From the NCBI RefSeq assembly GCF_020745735.1, contig NC_083423.1, positions 4,588,001-4,652,000 of the forward strand: a stretch of 64,000 nt of DNA, in the 5' to 3' direction. Under the pieces are notes generated by a model, which did no database searches, was not told the origin of the DNA, and saw only the letters and a list, made by a program, of their open reading frames with translations. Made by a program: the position numbers and the translations under genes. Each line of letters begins with the position of its first letter. Position 1 is the stretch's first letter. This DNA comes from Hemiscyllium ocellatum (lineage: Eukaryota). This document shows positions 26,165-39,089 of this stretch, piece after piece.

Positions 26165-28111
26165 TTTTTTTATTTCAAAAATGTACTTTATTCATAAAAA
26201 TATTTTGATGATCTGTACAATTGGTCATGCCAAACATACGCAAACATTGCATTCCTTTGCATACGGAGATCGAAATTAATCATTCATATGTACAGCTCTG
26301 GGCATTGACTCTCCATATGTTTGGCTGATGCGTCAGCAGAGTCCACTGACTGCGTGGGCCCCCTGTGCTTAGGCAGGCAGATGTTACACGGTGGTCTTTC
26401 CCCACCGCGCCTAGGCGACAGCTGTCCCAAGCTTCAGCGCGTCCCTCAACATGTAGTCCTGGTCCTTGGAATGTGCCAGTCTGCAACACTCAGTCAGGGT
26501 CAACTCCTTCAGCTGGAAGATCAACAGGCTTCGGACCGCCCAGACAGCGTCCTTCACTGAGTTGATGATCCTCCAGGCACAGTTGATGTTCGTATCGGTG
26601 TGCGTCCTGGGGAACAGACCGTAAAGCACAGAGTCCCGCGTCATGGCGCTGCTCGGGACGAACCTCGACAAACACCACTGCATTCCTCTCCAGACTTCTT
26701 CTGCGTAGGCACATTCCAGAAGGAGGTGTGTGACAGTCTCGTTCCCCCCCGCAGCCGCTTCGAGGGCAGCGTGCGGTGCGGCTGGGAGTCCAGGCGTGCA
26801 TGAAGGATCTCACAGGCAGAGCCCTTCTCACCACCAGCCAAGCCATGTCTTGGTGCTTGTTGGAAAGTTCTGGCGATGAGGTATTCTGCCAAATGGCTTT
26901 GACAGTCTGCTCAGGGAACTGCTCAACAGGATCCTTTTCCCGAAGGGTCTCAAGAACACTACATGCTGACCACTTCCTGATGGACTTGTGGTCAAAGGTG
27001 TTTTTCTTCATAAATTTCTCCACGAAGGACAGGTTATACGGAACGATCCAATTACTCGGAGCGTTCCACGGCAGCGAGGCCAGGCCCATCCTTCGCAACA
27101 CCGGGGACAGGTAGAACCTCAGTACATAGTGACATTTGGTGTTTGCGTACCTGGGATCCACGCACAGCTTGATGCAGCCACACACAAAGGTGGCCATCAG
27201 GGTGAGGGTGGCATTGGGTGTATTTTTCCCCCCTTTGCCTAGAGTTTTGTACATCAAGTTCCTTCGGACTCGATCCATCTTTGACCTCCATATAATTTGG
27301 AAGATGGCCCGGGTGACTGCAGCGGCACAGGTTCTGGGAATAGGCCAGACCTGTGCCACGTATAACAGCAATGACAGTGCCTCACACCTGGTGTCCAGGT
27401 TTTTTCCCGCGATGGAGAGCGACCTTAACTTCCATCTGCCCAGTTTCTGCCTCACTTTGCTGATACGCTCCTCCCAAGACTTGGCGCACGCCCCAGCCCC
27501 CCGAACCAAATACCCAGCACCTTCAGGTGGTCGGTCCCGAAGAGCATGGCCTCGCTCTTGCCTCGGTTTACCTTGGCCCCCGAGGCCCGTTCGAACTGGT
27601 CACATATGCACATGAGTCTGCGCACGGACAGCAGATCCGAGCAGAAAACGGTGATGTCATCCATGTACAGGGAGGTCTTAACCTGTAGGCCCCCGCTGCC
27701 AGGAATAGTCACCCCTCTCAGGCTCGCATCCTTCCTGATGGACTTGGCAAATGGCTCTATGCAGCACACAAACAAGGCAGGAGAGAGAGGACAGCCCTGC
27801 CTGACTCCAGATCTGACTGGGAAGCTATCTGATTCCCACCCATTGATTGAGACTGCACTGACAATGTTGGTGTAGAGCAGTCTGATCCAATTGCAGCTTC
27901 CCTCCCCAAAGCCCATTTTGGAGAGAACATCTCTCATATACCTGTGTAATATCCTGTCAAAGGCTTTCTCCTGGTCCAGGCTGATCAGGCAGGTGTCCAA
28001 CCCTCTGTCCTGTACTTAGGCGATCGTATCCCTGAGGAGTGCGAGACTCTCAGCGATCTTCTTGCCCGGCACAGCACAGGTTTGGTCAGGGTGAATCACC
28101 GACCCCAGAGC

Positions 28112-28335
28112 ATCCTGAGCCCCTCAATTGGATTCCAGACATTAACTCACTCTGGGCTATCTGTTGTGTAAAAAAAACCCTGAACCCTGCGAACGGATTC
28201 CAGATTGTAACCCATTCCGGTCTATCTGTTATTCTGTATAAAAACAATGCCGAACACCATGATTAGATTCCAGGCTGTAACTCACTCTGGGGTATCTGTA
28301 ATTCAGTATATAAACAACACCGAACCCCATGATTA
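28112..28335. repeat. Three diverged copies of a ~66-70-bp tandem unit (gattccag..taactcactctggg..tatctgt..aaac..gaaccc)
   Basis: gattccag recurs at ~28131, ~28197 and ~28266; gatta at 28261 and 28331. Confidence 0.75.
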
Positions 28336-28488
28336 TACGTCTGCTGCAGCAAACCTACAGCATCCCAACAGCACCTTCTTAACACACAACATCCGATCGA
28401 CTGGTGTACGATCCTCCACTTCCTTTACAGTCACCCTGACTGTGTTGCAAATGCCCTGGTAAGGGCTGTGGGCGGCTGCTAAGATCAT
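28336..28488 (-). pseudogene. Tx1 ORF1 (ZCCHC3-like) N-terminal 51 codons
   Basis: Manual translation MILAAAHSPYQGICNTVRVTVKEVEDRTPVDRMLCVKKVLLGCCRFAAADV; resembles Tx1-type ORF1 N-termini, from recall. Confidence 0.65.
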
Positions 28489-28654
28489 AGCTCTGAGGTT
28501 GGCTGGTTCCTGAATTGGCGTTAGGCCGAAGCATAAAGATCCATCAAGAGCAGGTCAGCACAACCAAATGATCCTCCAACGTCCAATCACGATCCAGCAA
28601 TGATCTCCACAAGCTCTGTCGACTTGAACCTCCACTCTTGATCCCGGTATCACC

Positions 28655-30420
28655 CCTGTCCCTCAGGATTCCTTCCAACAACTTGCCCACCACCAAGGTC
28701 AGACTCACTGGTCTATAGTTCCCTGGCTTGTCCTTACCGCCCTTCTTAAACAGTGGCACCACGTTTGCCAACCTCCAGTCTTCCGGCCCCTCACCTGTGA
28801 CTATCGATGATACAAACATCTCAGCAAGAGGCCCAGCAATCACCTACCTATCTTCCCACAGAGTTCTAAGGTACACCTGATCAGGTCCTGGGGATTTATC
28901 CACTTTTATGCATTTCAAGACATCCAGCACTTCCACCTCTCTAATCGGGACATTTTGCAAGATGTCACCATCTATTTCCCTACAGTCTATATTTTCCAAA
29001 CCCTTTTCCACAGTAAATACTGATGCAAAAGATTCATTTAGTATCTCCCCCATTTTCTGTGGCTCTTTGAGGGGCCCTATTCTCCCCCTAGTTATCCATT
29101 TGTCCTTAATATATTTGTAAAAACCCTTTGGATTCTCCTTAACTCTATTTGCCAAAGTTATCTCATGTCCCCTTTCTGCCCTCCTGATTTCCCTCTTAAG
29201 TCTACTCCTACTGCCTTTATACTCCTCTAAGGATTCACTCGATCTATCCTGTCCAAACCTGACATATGCTTCCTTTTTCTTAACCGAACCCTCAATGTCT
29301 TTAGTCATCCAGCATTTCCCTATACCTACTAGCCTCTCCTTTCACCCGAAGAGGAATATCCTGTTCTCATTTTCTCATCTCTGAAGGTTTCCCATTTTCC
29401 AGCCGTCCCTTTACCTGTGAACATCTGCCCCAAATGAGCTTTTGAAAGTTTTTCGCTAATTCTGTCAAAATTAGCCTCCCTCCAATTTAGAACTTCGACT
29501 TTTAGATCTGGTCTATCCTTTTCCATCACTATTTTAAAACTAATAGAATTATGGTCGCTGGCTCCAAAGTGCTCCCCCACCGACACCTCGGTCACCTTGG
29601 CAAAAGTGAGGAGTGCAGATGTTGGAAACCAGAGTTTAGATCAGAGTGGTGCTGGAAAAGCACAGCAGGTCAGGCAGCATCTGAGGAGCAGGAAAATCGA
29701 TGTTTCAGGCAAAAGCCCTTCATCAGGAATAGAGGCAGGAAACCTCCAGAGTGGAGAGACAAATGAGAGGGGTGGGGGGGTGCAGCTGGGGAGAAGGTAG
29801 CAAGCTCTAATCTAAGCCTCAGTCACCGGCCCTGCCTTATTTCCCAAGAGTAGGTCAAGTTTTGCACCTTCTCTAGTAGGTACATCCACATACCGAATCA
29901 GAAAATTGTCTTGTACACACTTAAGAAATTCCTCTCCATCTAAATCTTTAACACTATGGCAGTCCTAGTCGATGTTTGGAAAGTTAAAATCCCCTACCAT
30001 TACCACCCTGTTATTCTTATAGATTTTGTTACAAATTTGTTTCTCAACTTCCTTCTGACTATTAGGGAGTCTGTAATAAAATCCCAATAAGGTGATCATC
30101 CTTTTCTTATTTCTCAGTTCCACCCAAATAACTTCCCTGGATGTATTCCCAGGAATATCCTCCCTAAGTACAGCAGTAATGCTATCCCTTATCAAAAACA
30201 CCACTCCCCCCCCCCCCCCCCCCCCCCTTTCTATCCTTCCTGTAGCATTTGTATCCTGGAACATTAAGCTGCCAGTCCTGCCCATCCCTGAGCCATGTTC
30301 CTGTAATTGCTATGATATCCCAGTCCCATGTTCCCAACCAAGCCCTGAGTTCATCTGCCTTCCCTGTTAGGCTTCTTGCATTGAAATAAATGCACTTTAA
30401 TTTATTAGTCCTACCATAGA
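28655..30420 (-). mobile_element. CR1 LINE ORF2, 5' part (APE and linker); continuation of 24828-26164
   Basis: KCIYFNARSL, WDIIAITGTWL, VVMVGDFNFPNID, HFGASDHNSI, WRLANVVPLFKKG. Confidence 0.9.
29597..29816 (-). mobile_element. Family-A pLTR/HHR insertion in CR1 (HHR ~29697-29730)
   Basis: Reverse complement attc-CTGATGA-agggcttttgcct-GAAAC-ATC; TSD cctcggtcacc (29586-29596) / cctcagtcacc (29817-29827). Confidence 0.85.
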
Positions 30421-31544
30421 CACACTCCGATATCCAAGAAATATGTGAACTCAAACAGCAAAGGCAGTAACAGTGCAGATTCACTGCTGTGTCAGTTAGC
30501 AGTGTAGGTTTCTTTCTGTCTCTTGCTCTCTGACCATGTGCTCAGCTGCCTTTGTCTGTCTTTGTTCCTTTTAAAAGTTTAGAATGGCATTTTGGTCAGC
30601 ACAGACATGGTGTGCCGAATGGCCTGTTCCTGTGCTGTACTGGTCTATGTTCTCTCCAGAGTGTAGAAAACTCTGCCAATGGGGTGAAATGAAGTTCATC
30701 AGCAGCATAAGGCTGGCCGTTGAGCCATTGGGTGAAATGGCCTGTTTCTATGCTGTACAGACAGAGAGACTTCCAGTAATTCTCCATAACAGTGCGTCAG
30801 GATAAATTCACAGAACATAACGACAGCTTGGGAACGTGATCTTGCCTAGAAATGTGGTGGACTTACAAAAATGAGCATGATGCCTGTTTGCAGCCTTTAG
30901 TGACTCGAGCAATTGTCAGTGACCAGGCAACTCAGCGTGTGATGGAGGATATCCCAGGGTTAACTCTCTGTGTTTTGTACAGGTCAGCCTTGACCTGGCA
31001 AGCCCACGTAAAATAACCAGCATGGCGCTCAATGGTGTTGAAAAGCACAAGTCCTCTTGATTGAGAGTGCCTGTTTCCACTGGCAGAACAATCAAGAGGC
31101 AGAGGACATGGTACTTGACAAAGCGATATGAGAAATAACGTTCACTGAGCGAGTGGTCAGGATCTGGAATGTTGCATCATGACAGTACGGTGGAGCTAAG
31201 ATTCAAGGGAAAATTGGAGAAACACCTCAATGGAAAATTGAAGGGAACAGAGTTACTCTCACACTGAGCTGACATGGAGGAACAGGCTGAATGGCCTCCT
31301 GTGCTATCACTCTTCTTTGATTCCCCTACTTTAAGACTCAGAGCTGGTGAGTCCCAATATGATTGAGGGTCTTGGGGAAACAATGAAAGATCCAAGCAGT
31401 TATTGATCTCCCTCAGTCTTTGGGAAAAGTACTGATTTAAATTTATTCTTACTAATTTTCACACTGAATCAAAAATACTTTAGCAAGTAAGAATGAATAC
31501 AGGAACTGTGCATTGCACTGGAGTATGAGCTGAGATCTTTCCAT

Positions 31545-31822
31545 AAGATGAAGCAGCAGGTTAAGGCCATTCAGCCCATTGGGTCTGCTCTGTCATTCGA
31601 TTGTGCCTGACATGTTTCCTAATCCCACTCTCCTGCCTTCTCCCTGTAACCCTTGATCCCCTTACGAATCAAGACCCAATCTTTCTCTGTCTTAAATCCA
31701 CTCAATGACCTGGCCTCCACAGCCCTCTGCAGCAATGAGTTCCACAGATTCACCACCCTCTGGCTGAAGAGATTCCTCCCCATCTCAGTTCTAAAGGGTC
31801 AGCCCCTCACTCTGAGGCTGTT
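31545..31822 (-). mobile_element. CR1 3' end
   Basis: aggccattcagccc...gagttccacagattcaccaccctctggctgaagag. Confidence 0.8.
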
Positions 31823-32894
31823 TTCCTGATGAAAATCCACCTTCAAATAACTAATTACACAAACAGAAAACTCACAAGGGGCTGTCTTAAATAAACGAAA
31901 GGAAAATAAAAAAAGAGGAGGGAAACATTGGGGGGGCAATTAAATCATGATAGTGTGGGAGAGGGGCATTAACGCCCCTGTGTTACCCACTTTTGTCTAA
32001 AGGTTTTGTGGGATGGCCTGGGATCTGAGTGGTTTAATGCAGTCATGGTTGAGTCCATGGTAGAAGCTTCCCATTAGCAGTGAGTCTCATTGGGAGGCTC
32101 CAGATGTTAATGAGTCAGAGTGAAAACAGACAAGCTGGGAACCGTCTGAATCTTACTTCATTCTTGTCTTGATGGGAAGACGGAAGATTAAAGTGTAAAA
32201 CATTGTTCACAGTGTTAGGCGCCCAAAGGTAAAACGTATAAACAAGTCCCAGAAACAAACCATCGAGCCAAAACAGGATTTCAACTCAATGAGAGCTTGG
32301 CAGTTATTTCCGATGAAAGCTTTTCGTCATGGAACCAAACTTGCAAATTATTCGGAGGAGACGTGTGACTCATTTTGTGTCGCAAAGAATACCGTTTACA
32401 ATAACCAATAAATGATAAAGGTCAAACGGAAATTACTGGAAAAGCTCAGCAATTCCTCAGCTGAAGGATTTCTGAACCCAAAACGTGAACTCTAATTTCT
32501 CTCCCCAGATGCTGTGATACCTGCTGAGCTAGACAGAGCTGTACAGCACATAAACAGCCAGATAGTCCAACCTGTACATGCTGACCAAATATCCAAAATA
32601 AACCTATTCCCTTTTGCCAGCATTTGTCCTGTATCCCTCCTTAACCATCCTGTTCATATTTTCCAGTAATTTCTGATTTGCAGCATCCACAGTTCTTTCA
32701 CTTTTTATTTAATGAGAAAAGTGGGTCGTCTCACTGCGCAGTGTTGACAAGGTTGGAGGTATTGTCAGCACTGAGTGTAAGGTTGGATCTATCCCAGACA
32801 GCAGGTGCTGGAAAGGACAAGAGCTGACCTGAATTTGTCAGATAGCTCCACAGTTGCTGACTGATTTGTTATTGATACAGGGTGTCACTGAAAA

Positions 32895-33025
32895 GACCAG
32901 CATTTGCTGTCCATCCCTAATTGCCCTTGAGCTGAGTGACTTGCTTGGCTGTTTCAGAGTGCAGTTAACTACATTGTCATGGGTCTGGAGTTACATGTAG
33001 GCCAGACCAGAGAAGGACGACAGGG
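32895..33025 (-). mobile_element. L2-tailed SINE fragment
   Basis: ccatccctaattgcccttgag...gtaggccagaccag. Confidence 0.6.
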
Positions 33026-33049
33026 CATGGGGAGGAAGGTGGGAAGAGA

Positions 33050-33570
33050 GGGTGTGTATGTGGGTGTCTGTGTTTGTCTGTGCATGTGCGTGCGTGTAGG
33101 TGTATCTGTGCGCGTGCGTGCAAGTATGTGGGTGTCTCTATGGGTATCTATGTATTTATGTGTGTGTGTGGGTGTCTCTGTGGATGTGTGTGTGTGTGTG
33201 GGTGTCTGTGTGTGTGTGGGTGTCTCTGTGAATGTGTGTGCGCGTGTGAGTGCCTCTGTGAATTTATGTGGGTGTGTGCGTGTGGGTGTCTCTCTCTCTC
33301 TCACACCCCCTCTCTGTGGATGAGTGTGTGTCTCTGTGGATGCATGTGTGTGGGTGTCTGTATATGTGTGGGTGTCTCTGTGGATGTGTTTGTGTATGCG
33401 TGTGGGTGTCTGTGAATTTGTATGTGTGTGCGTGTGGGTGCCTCTGTGAATTTCTGTGTGTGTGCGTGTGTGTCTGTGTATGTGCATGTGTGCGTGTAGG
33501 AGTTTCTGTGGATGTGTATGTGTGTGTGCGTGTGCACGTCTCTGTGGATGTGTGTGTGTGTCTCTGTGTA
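33050..33570. repeat. Compound degenerate (TG)n microsatellite
   Basis: TG-rich tract with recurring gtgggtgtctctgtg. Confidence 0.9.
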
Positions 33571-34560
33571 TTGTTGTGGTTCTGTTCGCTGAGCTGGGAA
33601 TTTGTGTTGCAGACATTTCGTCCCCTGTCTAGGTGACATCCTCAGTGCTTGGGAGCCTCCGGTGAAGCGCTTCTGTGATGTTTCCTCCGGCATTTATAGT
33701 GGTTTGTATCTACCGCTTCCGATTGTCAGTTCCAGCTGTCCGCTGCAGTGGCCGGTATATTGGGTCCAGGTCTATGTGCTTATTGATTGAATCTGTGGAT
33801 GAGTGCCATGCCTCTAGGAATTCCCTGGCTGTTCTCTATTTGGCTTGTCCAATAATAGTAGTGTTGTCCCAGTCGAACTCATGTTTCTTGTCATCTGAGT
33901 GTGTGGCTACGAAGGATAGCTGGTCATGTCGATTCGTGGCTAGTTAGTGTTCATGGATGTGGATCGTTAGCTGTTTGTCCTATGTAATGTTTTGTGCAGT
34001 CCTTGCATGAGATTTTGTACACTACATTGGTTTTGCTCATGCTGGGTATCGAGTCCTTTGTCCTGGTGAGCTGTTGTCTGAGAGTGGCTGTTGGTTTGTG
34101 TGCTGTTATGAGTCCTAGTGGTCACAGTAGTCTGGCTGTCAGTTCAGAAATATTTTTGATGTATGATAGTGTGGCTAGTCCTTTGGGTTGTGGCATGTCC
34201 TCATTCCGTTGTCTTTCCATTAGGCATCTGTTGATGAAATTGTGGGGAATATATTGTATAGGTGTTCTTCTTCCTCTTTTTGCAGTTCTGGTGTACTGCA
34301 GTGTGTTGTGGCCCTTTTGAACAGTGTCTTGATGCAGCTTCTTGTGTGTGTTGGGGTGGTTGCTTTCATAGTTCAGGACTTGGTCTGTGTGTGTGGCTTT
34401 CCTGTATACCTTCGTGGTAATTCTCCGTTCAGTGTTCTCTGTACCATCACGCCTAGGAATGGGAGTTGGTTGTCCTTTTCTTCCTCTCTAGTGAATTGGA
34501 TTTCTGTGAGGGTGGCGTTAATGACCAACAGCCACTCTCAGACAACAACTCACCAGAGGG
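33571..34560 (-). mobile_element. Penelope-like element, same family as 11110-12491, 5'-truncated; HHR at ~33608-33650
   Basis: Collinear with 11110-12070; short inverted piece at ~34523-34556 matches 34063-34095. Confidence 0.9.
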
Positions 34561-34624
34561 TTTCTGTCCTTGGTACAGTTGGAGGGGTGGGGTGTGAGGG
34601 TGGAGGTGCAGGATGTGCACGAGA

Positions 34625-36570
34625 TGGAGTAAGATTAGGGCCAGTAAAAAGTGAGGTCTGCAGATGCTGGAGATCAGAGCTGAAAATGTGTTGCTGGTTA
34701 AAGCACAGCAGGTTAGGCAGCATCCAAGGAACAGGAAATTCAACGTTTCGGGCCAGAGCCCTTCATCAGGAATGCCTGGCACACTCTCCTCATTCCTGAT
34801 GAAGGGCTTTGGCCTGAAATGTCGAATTTCCTGTTCCTTGGATGCTGCCTAACCTGCTGTGCTTTAACCAGCAACACATTTTCAGCTAAGATTAGGGCCA
34901 ATCAAAGATAATAGTGGAAAGTTGTGTGGAATCTGAGGACATAGGGGAAGCATTTAATGAACACTTTTAGCAATTTTGCAAGATCTGAAAGACCCCTGGG
35001 CTGGATGGGATTTATCCTCGGATTCTCTGGGAAGCCAGGGAGGAGATTGCCAAGCCTCTGGCTTTGATATTTATGCCATCGCTGTCGACAGGAATAGTGC
35101 CAGAAGACTGGAGGATAGCAAATGTTGTTCCCTTGTTCAAGAAGGGAAGTCAGGGCAATCCTGGTAATTATAGACCAGTGAGTTTTACTTCGGTTGTGGG
35201 TAAGGTGTTGGAAAAGGTTATAAGAGATAGGATTTATAATCATCTGGAAAGGAGCAATTTAGTTAGGGATAGTCAACACAGTTTTGTGAAGGGTAGTTTG
35301 TGCCTCACTAACCTTATTGAGTTCTTTGAGAAGGTGACAGAACAGGTGGACGAGGGTAAGGCAGTTGATGTGGTGTATGTGGACTTCAGTAAAGAGTTGG
35401 ATAAGGTTCCACATGGTAGGCTATTGCACAAAATAAGGAGTTGAAGGTGATTTAGCTGTTTGTATCAGTAATTGGCTAGCTGAAAGAAGACAGAGGGTGG
35501 TGGTTTATGGGGAATGTTCATCCTGGAGCTCAGCTACCAATGGTGTGCCGCAAGGATCTGTTTTGGGGCCACTGCTGTTTGTCATTTTATAAATGATCTG
35601 GAGGTGAGTGTAGAAGGATGGGTTAGTAAATTTGCAGATGGCACTAAGGTAGGCAGAGTTGTGGATAGTGCTGAAGGATGTTATGGGTGACAGAGGGACA
35701 TAGATAAGATGCAGAGCTGGGCTGAGAAGTGGCAAATGGAGTTTAATGAGGAAAAGTGTGAGGTAGTTCACTTCGGAAGTAATAACAGGAATGCAGAGTA
35801 CTAGGCTAATGGTAAGATTCTTGGCAGTTTCGATGAACAGAGAGAGCTCGGTGTCCATGTACATAGATCCCTGAAAGTTGCCATCCAGGATGACAGGGTT
35901 GTTAAGAAGGCATATGATGTGTTAGCTTTATTGGTAGGAGGATTGAGTTTCGGAGCCATGAGCTCATGCTTCAGCTGTAAGAGACACTGGTAAGGCCGCA
36001 CCTGGAGTATTGTGTACAGTTCTGTTCACCGCATTACAGGAAGGATGTGGAAGCTTTGGAAAAGGTTCAGAGGAGATTTACCAGGATGTTGCCTGGTATG
36101 GAGGGAAGGTCTTACAGGGAAAGGCTGAGGGAACTGAGGCTGTTTACGTTGGAAAGAAGAAGGTTGAGAGGTGACTTAATCGAGATGTATAAGATAATCA
36201 GAGGGTTAGATAGGATGGACAGTGAGAGCCTTTGTCCTCAGATGGTGATGGCTAACATGAGGAGGCATAACTTTAAATTGAGGGGTGATAGATTCAGCAC
36301 AGATACCAGAGGTAGTTTCTTTACTCAGAGAGTAGTAGGGGCATGGAACGGCCTGCCTGTAACAGGGGTAGATTGCCAGGGAGGAGATTGCCAAGCCTCT
36401 GGCTTTGATATTTATGCCATCGCTGTTGTCGATGTTAAGGGCATTTAAATGGGCATTGGACATACATATGGATAATAATGCAACAGTGTAGGTTAGATGG
36501 GCATCAGATTAATTTCACAGGTCGGCGCAACATCGAGGGCCGAAGGGCCTGTACTGCGCTGTAACGTTAA
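34625..36570 (+). mobile_element. CR1 LINE, 5'-truncated (RT and 3' UTR)
   Basis: EDWRIANVVPLFKKG, DFSKELDKVPHGRLL, LEKVQRRFTRMLPG; 3' end gggccgaagggcctgtactgcgctgt. Confidence 0.92.
34644..34886. mobile_element. Family-A fold-back element with HHRs on both strands, inserted in CR1
   Basis: 14-bp TSD taagattagggcca (34630-34643, 34887-34900); minus HHR CTGATGA..GAAAC-GTT at ~34737-34773; plus HHR at ~34792-34827. Confidence 0.9.
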
Positions 36571-37064
36571 ATAAAAAGCCCCTTTGTTGCTCATCAATGA
36601 TTAAAATGTCAATCTCTGAGCGTTTCCAGACCCCTCTGTGTTTTTGAGATGTTGTTGCCAAGGGGATGAAAGTGGAGAATTTAACTGTGATACCCTGTCA
36701 GTGGTGACCTCGTGCTGGCCTTGCCACAGCAACGTCTGAATAAAATGGCAGAGCTCTCACTGCAAGGGATTCAGAGCAAGGCACAGAAAGTTACTGTGTT
36801 TGCTGTTTGTGTTCTCTCCGGCTAGTTCAATTTGCCTGATGCAGAGAGCAGTGTTGGCAGCTGTTTGTAAGCTGATGTATTTATAGCACAAAGATAAAGC
36901 AGGATGTGAATGGGAGACAAAGAAAAGCAAGGGTTTCAATGAAAACAGACTGGGATCGAGGCTGTTTTTAAAAGAGATGTTAAACCTCTCTCTCTTTAAG
37001 GTGATTAGAACGGATCCTTGACATATTTGGTAGCAGAATTCTACTGGCTAATAATGATCCCACA

Positions 37065-37212
37065 ATTCTGTGGAACGTTGTCACATTGCTGTTAGTGGGA
37101 GCTTGCTGTTCATCTATTGGCTGCTGCCTTTTCTATATTACCATTTTAAATCACACTGTAACATGGCCTTCATTGGTTGGAGTGCAGCTCTGAGATGCCT
37201 TGAGGTTGAATA
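37065..37212 (+). mobile_element. Deu-domain SINE remnant
   Basis: cacattgctgttagtgggagcttgctg...ttggctgctg...ttcattggttgg; recognised by similarity. Confidence 0.5.
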
Positions 37213-37514
37213 ATCCGCAAAGGAACATTGGCATCTCTTCCTCATGAGAGAGTGAGAGATAATTGGCTATGTACAGCTGGAGGGAAACCACTCTATCAGT
37301 GTGAGGTAGGCCAAGGAGGCAGGGCCTGCATTAACAGCAGCCCTGGTGCTGGCTTTATCCCATACCTCACTCTAATCCTCCATCCAACTGAGCTACCCAA
37401 GCTGTTTGGAGGCTTTCAAAGGACTTCCATAAATGCAAGACTTCCTCTTGTTTGTCTAAAAAGCTTTTTACAATGTACATACATTTGGACATCACCATTA
37501 GGAGCAGAGCCTAT

Positions 37515-37950
37515 ATGCAGGTCAGGCTGGATTGGCCATGTCTGTAGCGTGCAGCCATGGGAAATGCAGGGTTACAGGGATAAGGTGGCTCTGGGTGGGA
37601 TACTCTTCAGAGGGTCGGTGTGATGGTGCTGGGCTGAATGGCTTGATTCCACGATGTAGGGATTCTATGGAATTCTGTGGAGTAGGTCACACAGCCCCTC
37701 AAGGCTGATCTGCCATTCAATAAAATCATGGCTGATCTGACTGTAACTTCAAGTCTGCATTCCCATCTGCCTCCCCTCCCCCACAAGAACCTTTGAATCC
37801 CCACCTCACTTTGCTCATCAAAAATCTATCCACCTTTGCCTTAAAAATAACCAAAGACTCAGTTCCCACCACTTTTTCAGGAACAGAGTTCTGCAGGCTG
37901 ACAACCCCCTGAGAAGGAAATCTCTCTGATGAAGGCAGTGAGATTGAGTT
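37515..37950. mobile_element. HE1 3' half (+, to ~37670) abutting a CR1 3' end (-)
   Basis: HE1 tail ending gtagggattctatg; CR1 3' sequence cagagttctgcaggctgacaaccccctgagaagg. Confidence 0.7.
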
Positions 37951-38788
37951 CACACTTACAATAAAAACCAGGACTCGTGGTAATGATATCACTCAGTCTG
38001 TACTCCCACTCCCCCATCGTTTTGATTAAACTTTTTTTAATATAAAACATTTCGTCGTCGAATGGCATTTTATTTTCCTGTAAAGCGTATCAGTGACTCT
38101 ACTGATTTTTAAGAGCAAATATTGAATAATAGTAGTGAGATTTACCTGTTAGATAGAATTCACTGTGTGACTTGCATCATTGTCCCCAAAGCTCATGCTA
38201 TCAACCTCCCGATATTTAACACCGTTCCTTGGGACGTAACCCCTTATTTCATTAATAGCTGCAATACCGCTGTGAATGCTTAATCCCATTGCAGAGGGAA
38301 AAAGAAAACCATCTAAAATGAGCTGAAATACTTTGATTTAGGGAATATTAAGCACAGATGGATTCAGTTTCATTAATTACTATAGAATAATTTTGACTCT
38401 GAGCTGAGTCTTAATTTCTATCCCACAGTCTGTGCTGTAACCAGGATCTAGACTTCTTGATACAGGAGCCTGAAAGTTAATGGGAAATTGACGAGTTTAT
38501 TTGGCATCCTCTTGCAGGCTCTTAAATCTGTCCTCATCCGTCGAAATTTCACAGAGACCCCAGGAAACTCTGGAGCAGCTGCTCCTTTGAAAGATCTACC
38601 ACGTGAAATTGATGAAAATTAATCGAGAAAATTATGTGGCATTATATCATTGTAGGCTGAGCAATTGCACAACATTCTAAATCAGCTAATGTTTCCGCTG
38701 AGGTAATGGAAATTGACTTCAGGCCCCATCCCAAGGTCTGTGTACCCGCCCCCGATGCCATCCATTGTGCAGTTGCCTGAGGTTAAAC

Positions 38789-38918
38789 ATTACTGATGAA
38801 GGGCTTTTGCCTGAAACGTCGGTTCTCCTGCTCCTCATATGCTGCCTGACTGGCTGTGCTTTTTCAGCAACACAATCTCGAGTCTGATTCTCCAGCATTG
38901 GCAGTCCTCACTTCCTCT
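38789..38918 (+). mobile_element. Family-A pLTR/HHR solo insertion (core 38793-38820)
   Basis: CTGATGA-agggcttttgcct-GAAAC-GTC; TSD tgaggttaaac (38778-38788) / tgaggttgaac (38919-38929). Confidence 0.85.
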
Positions 38919-39089
38919 TGAGGTTGAACCCAGCTTGGCATTGTATTGTACCTTGAGCCATCAGTAGGAGCATCTGTGACTCTGCCCCTGTCTCAGCTTA
39001 TCTACTGTGGAAACCTTCATCTGTGCTTTTATATTTGCCCTCTGGAGTTGGCTATCATGAACCAGGTTTAACTGGCCTTTCCTGCCCAT

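Larger units (their letters stand above)
26165..28654 (-). mobile_element. Tx1-type (L1 clade) retrotransposon with internal deletion, nested in CR1
   Basis: A-rich 3' end at 26165; RT (LDQEKAFDR, GVRQGCPLSPALF, YMDD) at 27452-28100; C-terminal Cys motif (RCPRSGCGG); ORF1 N-terminus at 28336-28488. CR1 sequence joins across the insert (tacatgtaca | cctgtccctcagg). Confidence 0.88.

Noticed and set aside
26490-28000. Intact or domesticated Tx1 ORF2
   Set aside because: Frameshifted, has an internal stop upstream, and lacks the endonuclease.
30982-31060. Acceptor followed by VSLDLASPRKITSMALNG, faintly discoidin-like
   Set aside because: Runs into a stop, has no convincing donor or partner exons, and the similarity is too weak.
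32969-33693. His/Thr- and Cys/Val-rich ORFs
   Set aside because: Translations of a (TG)n tract.
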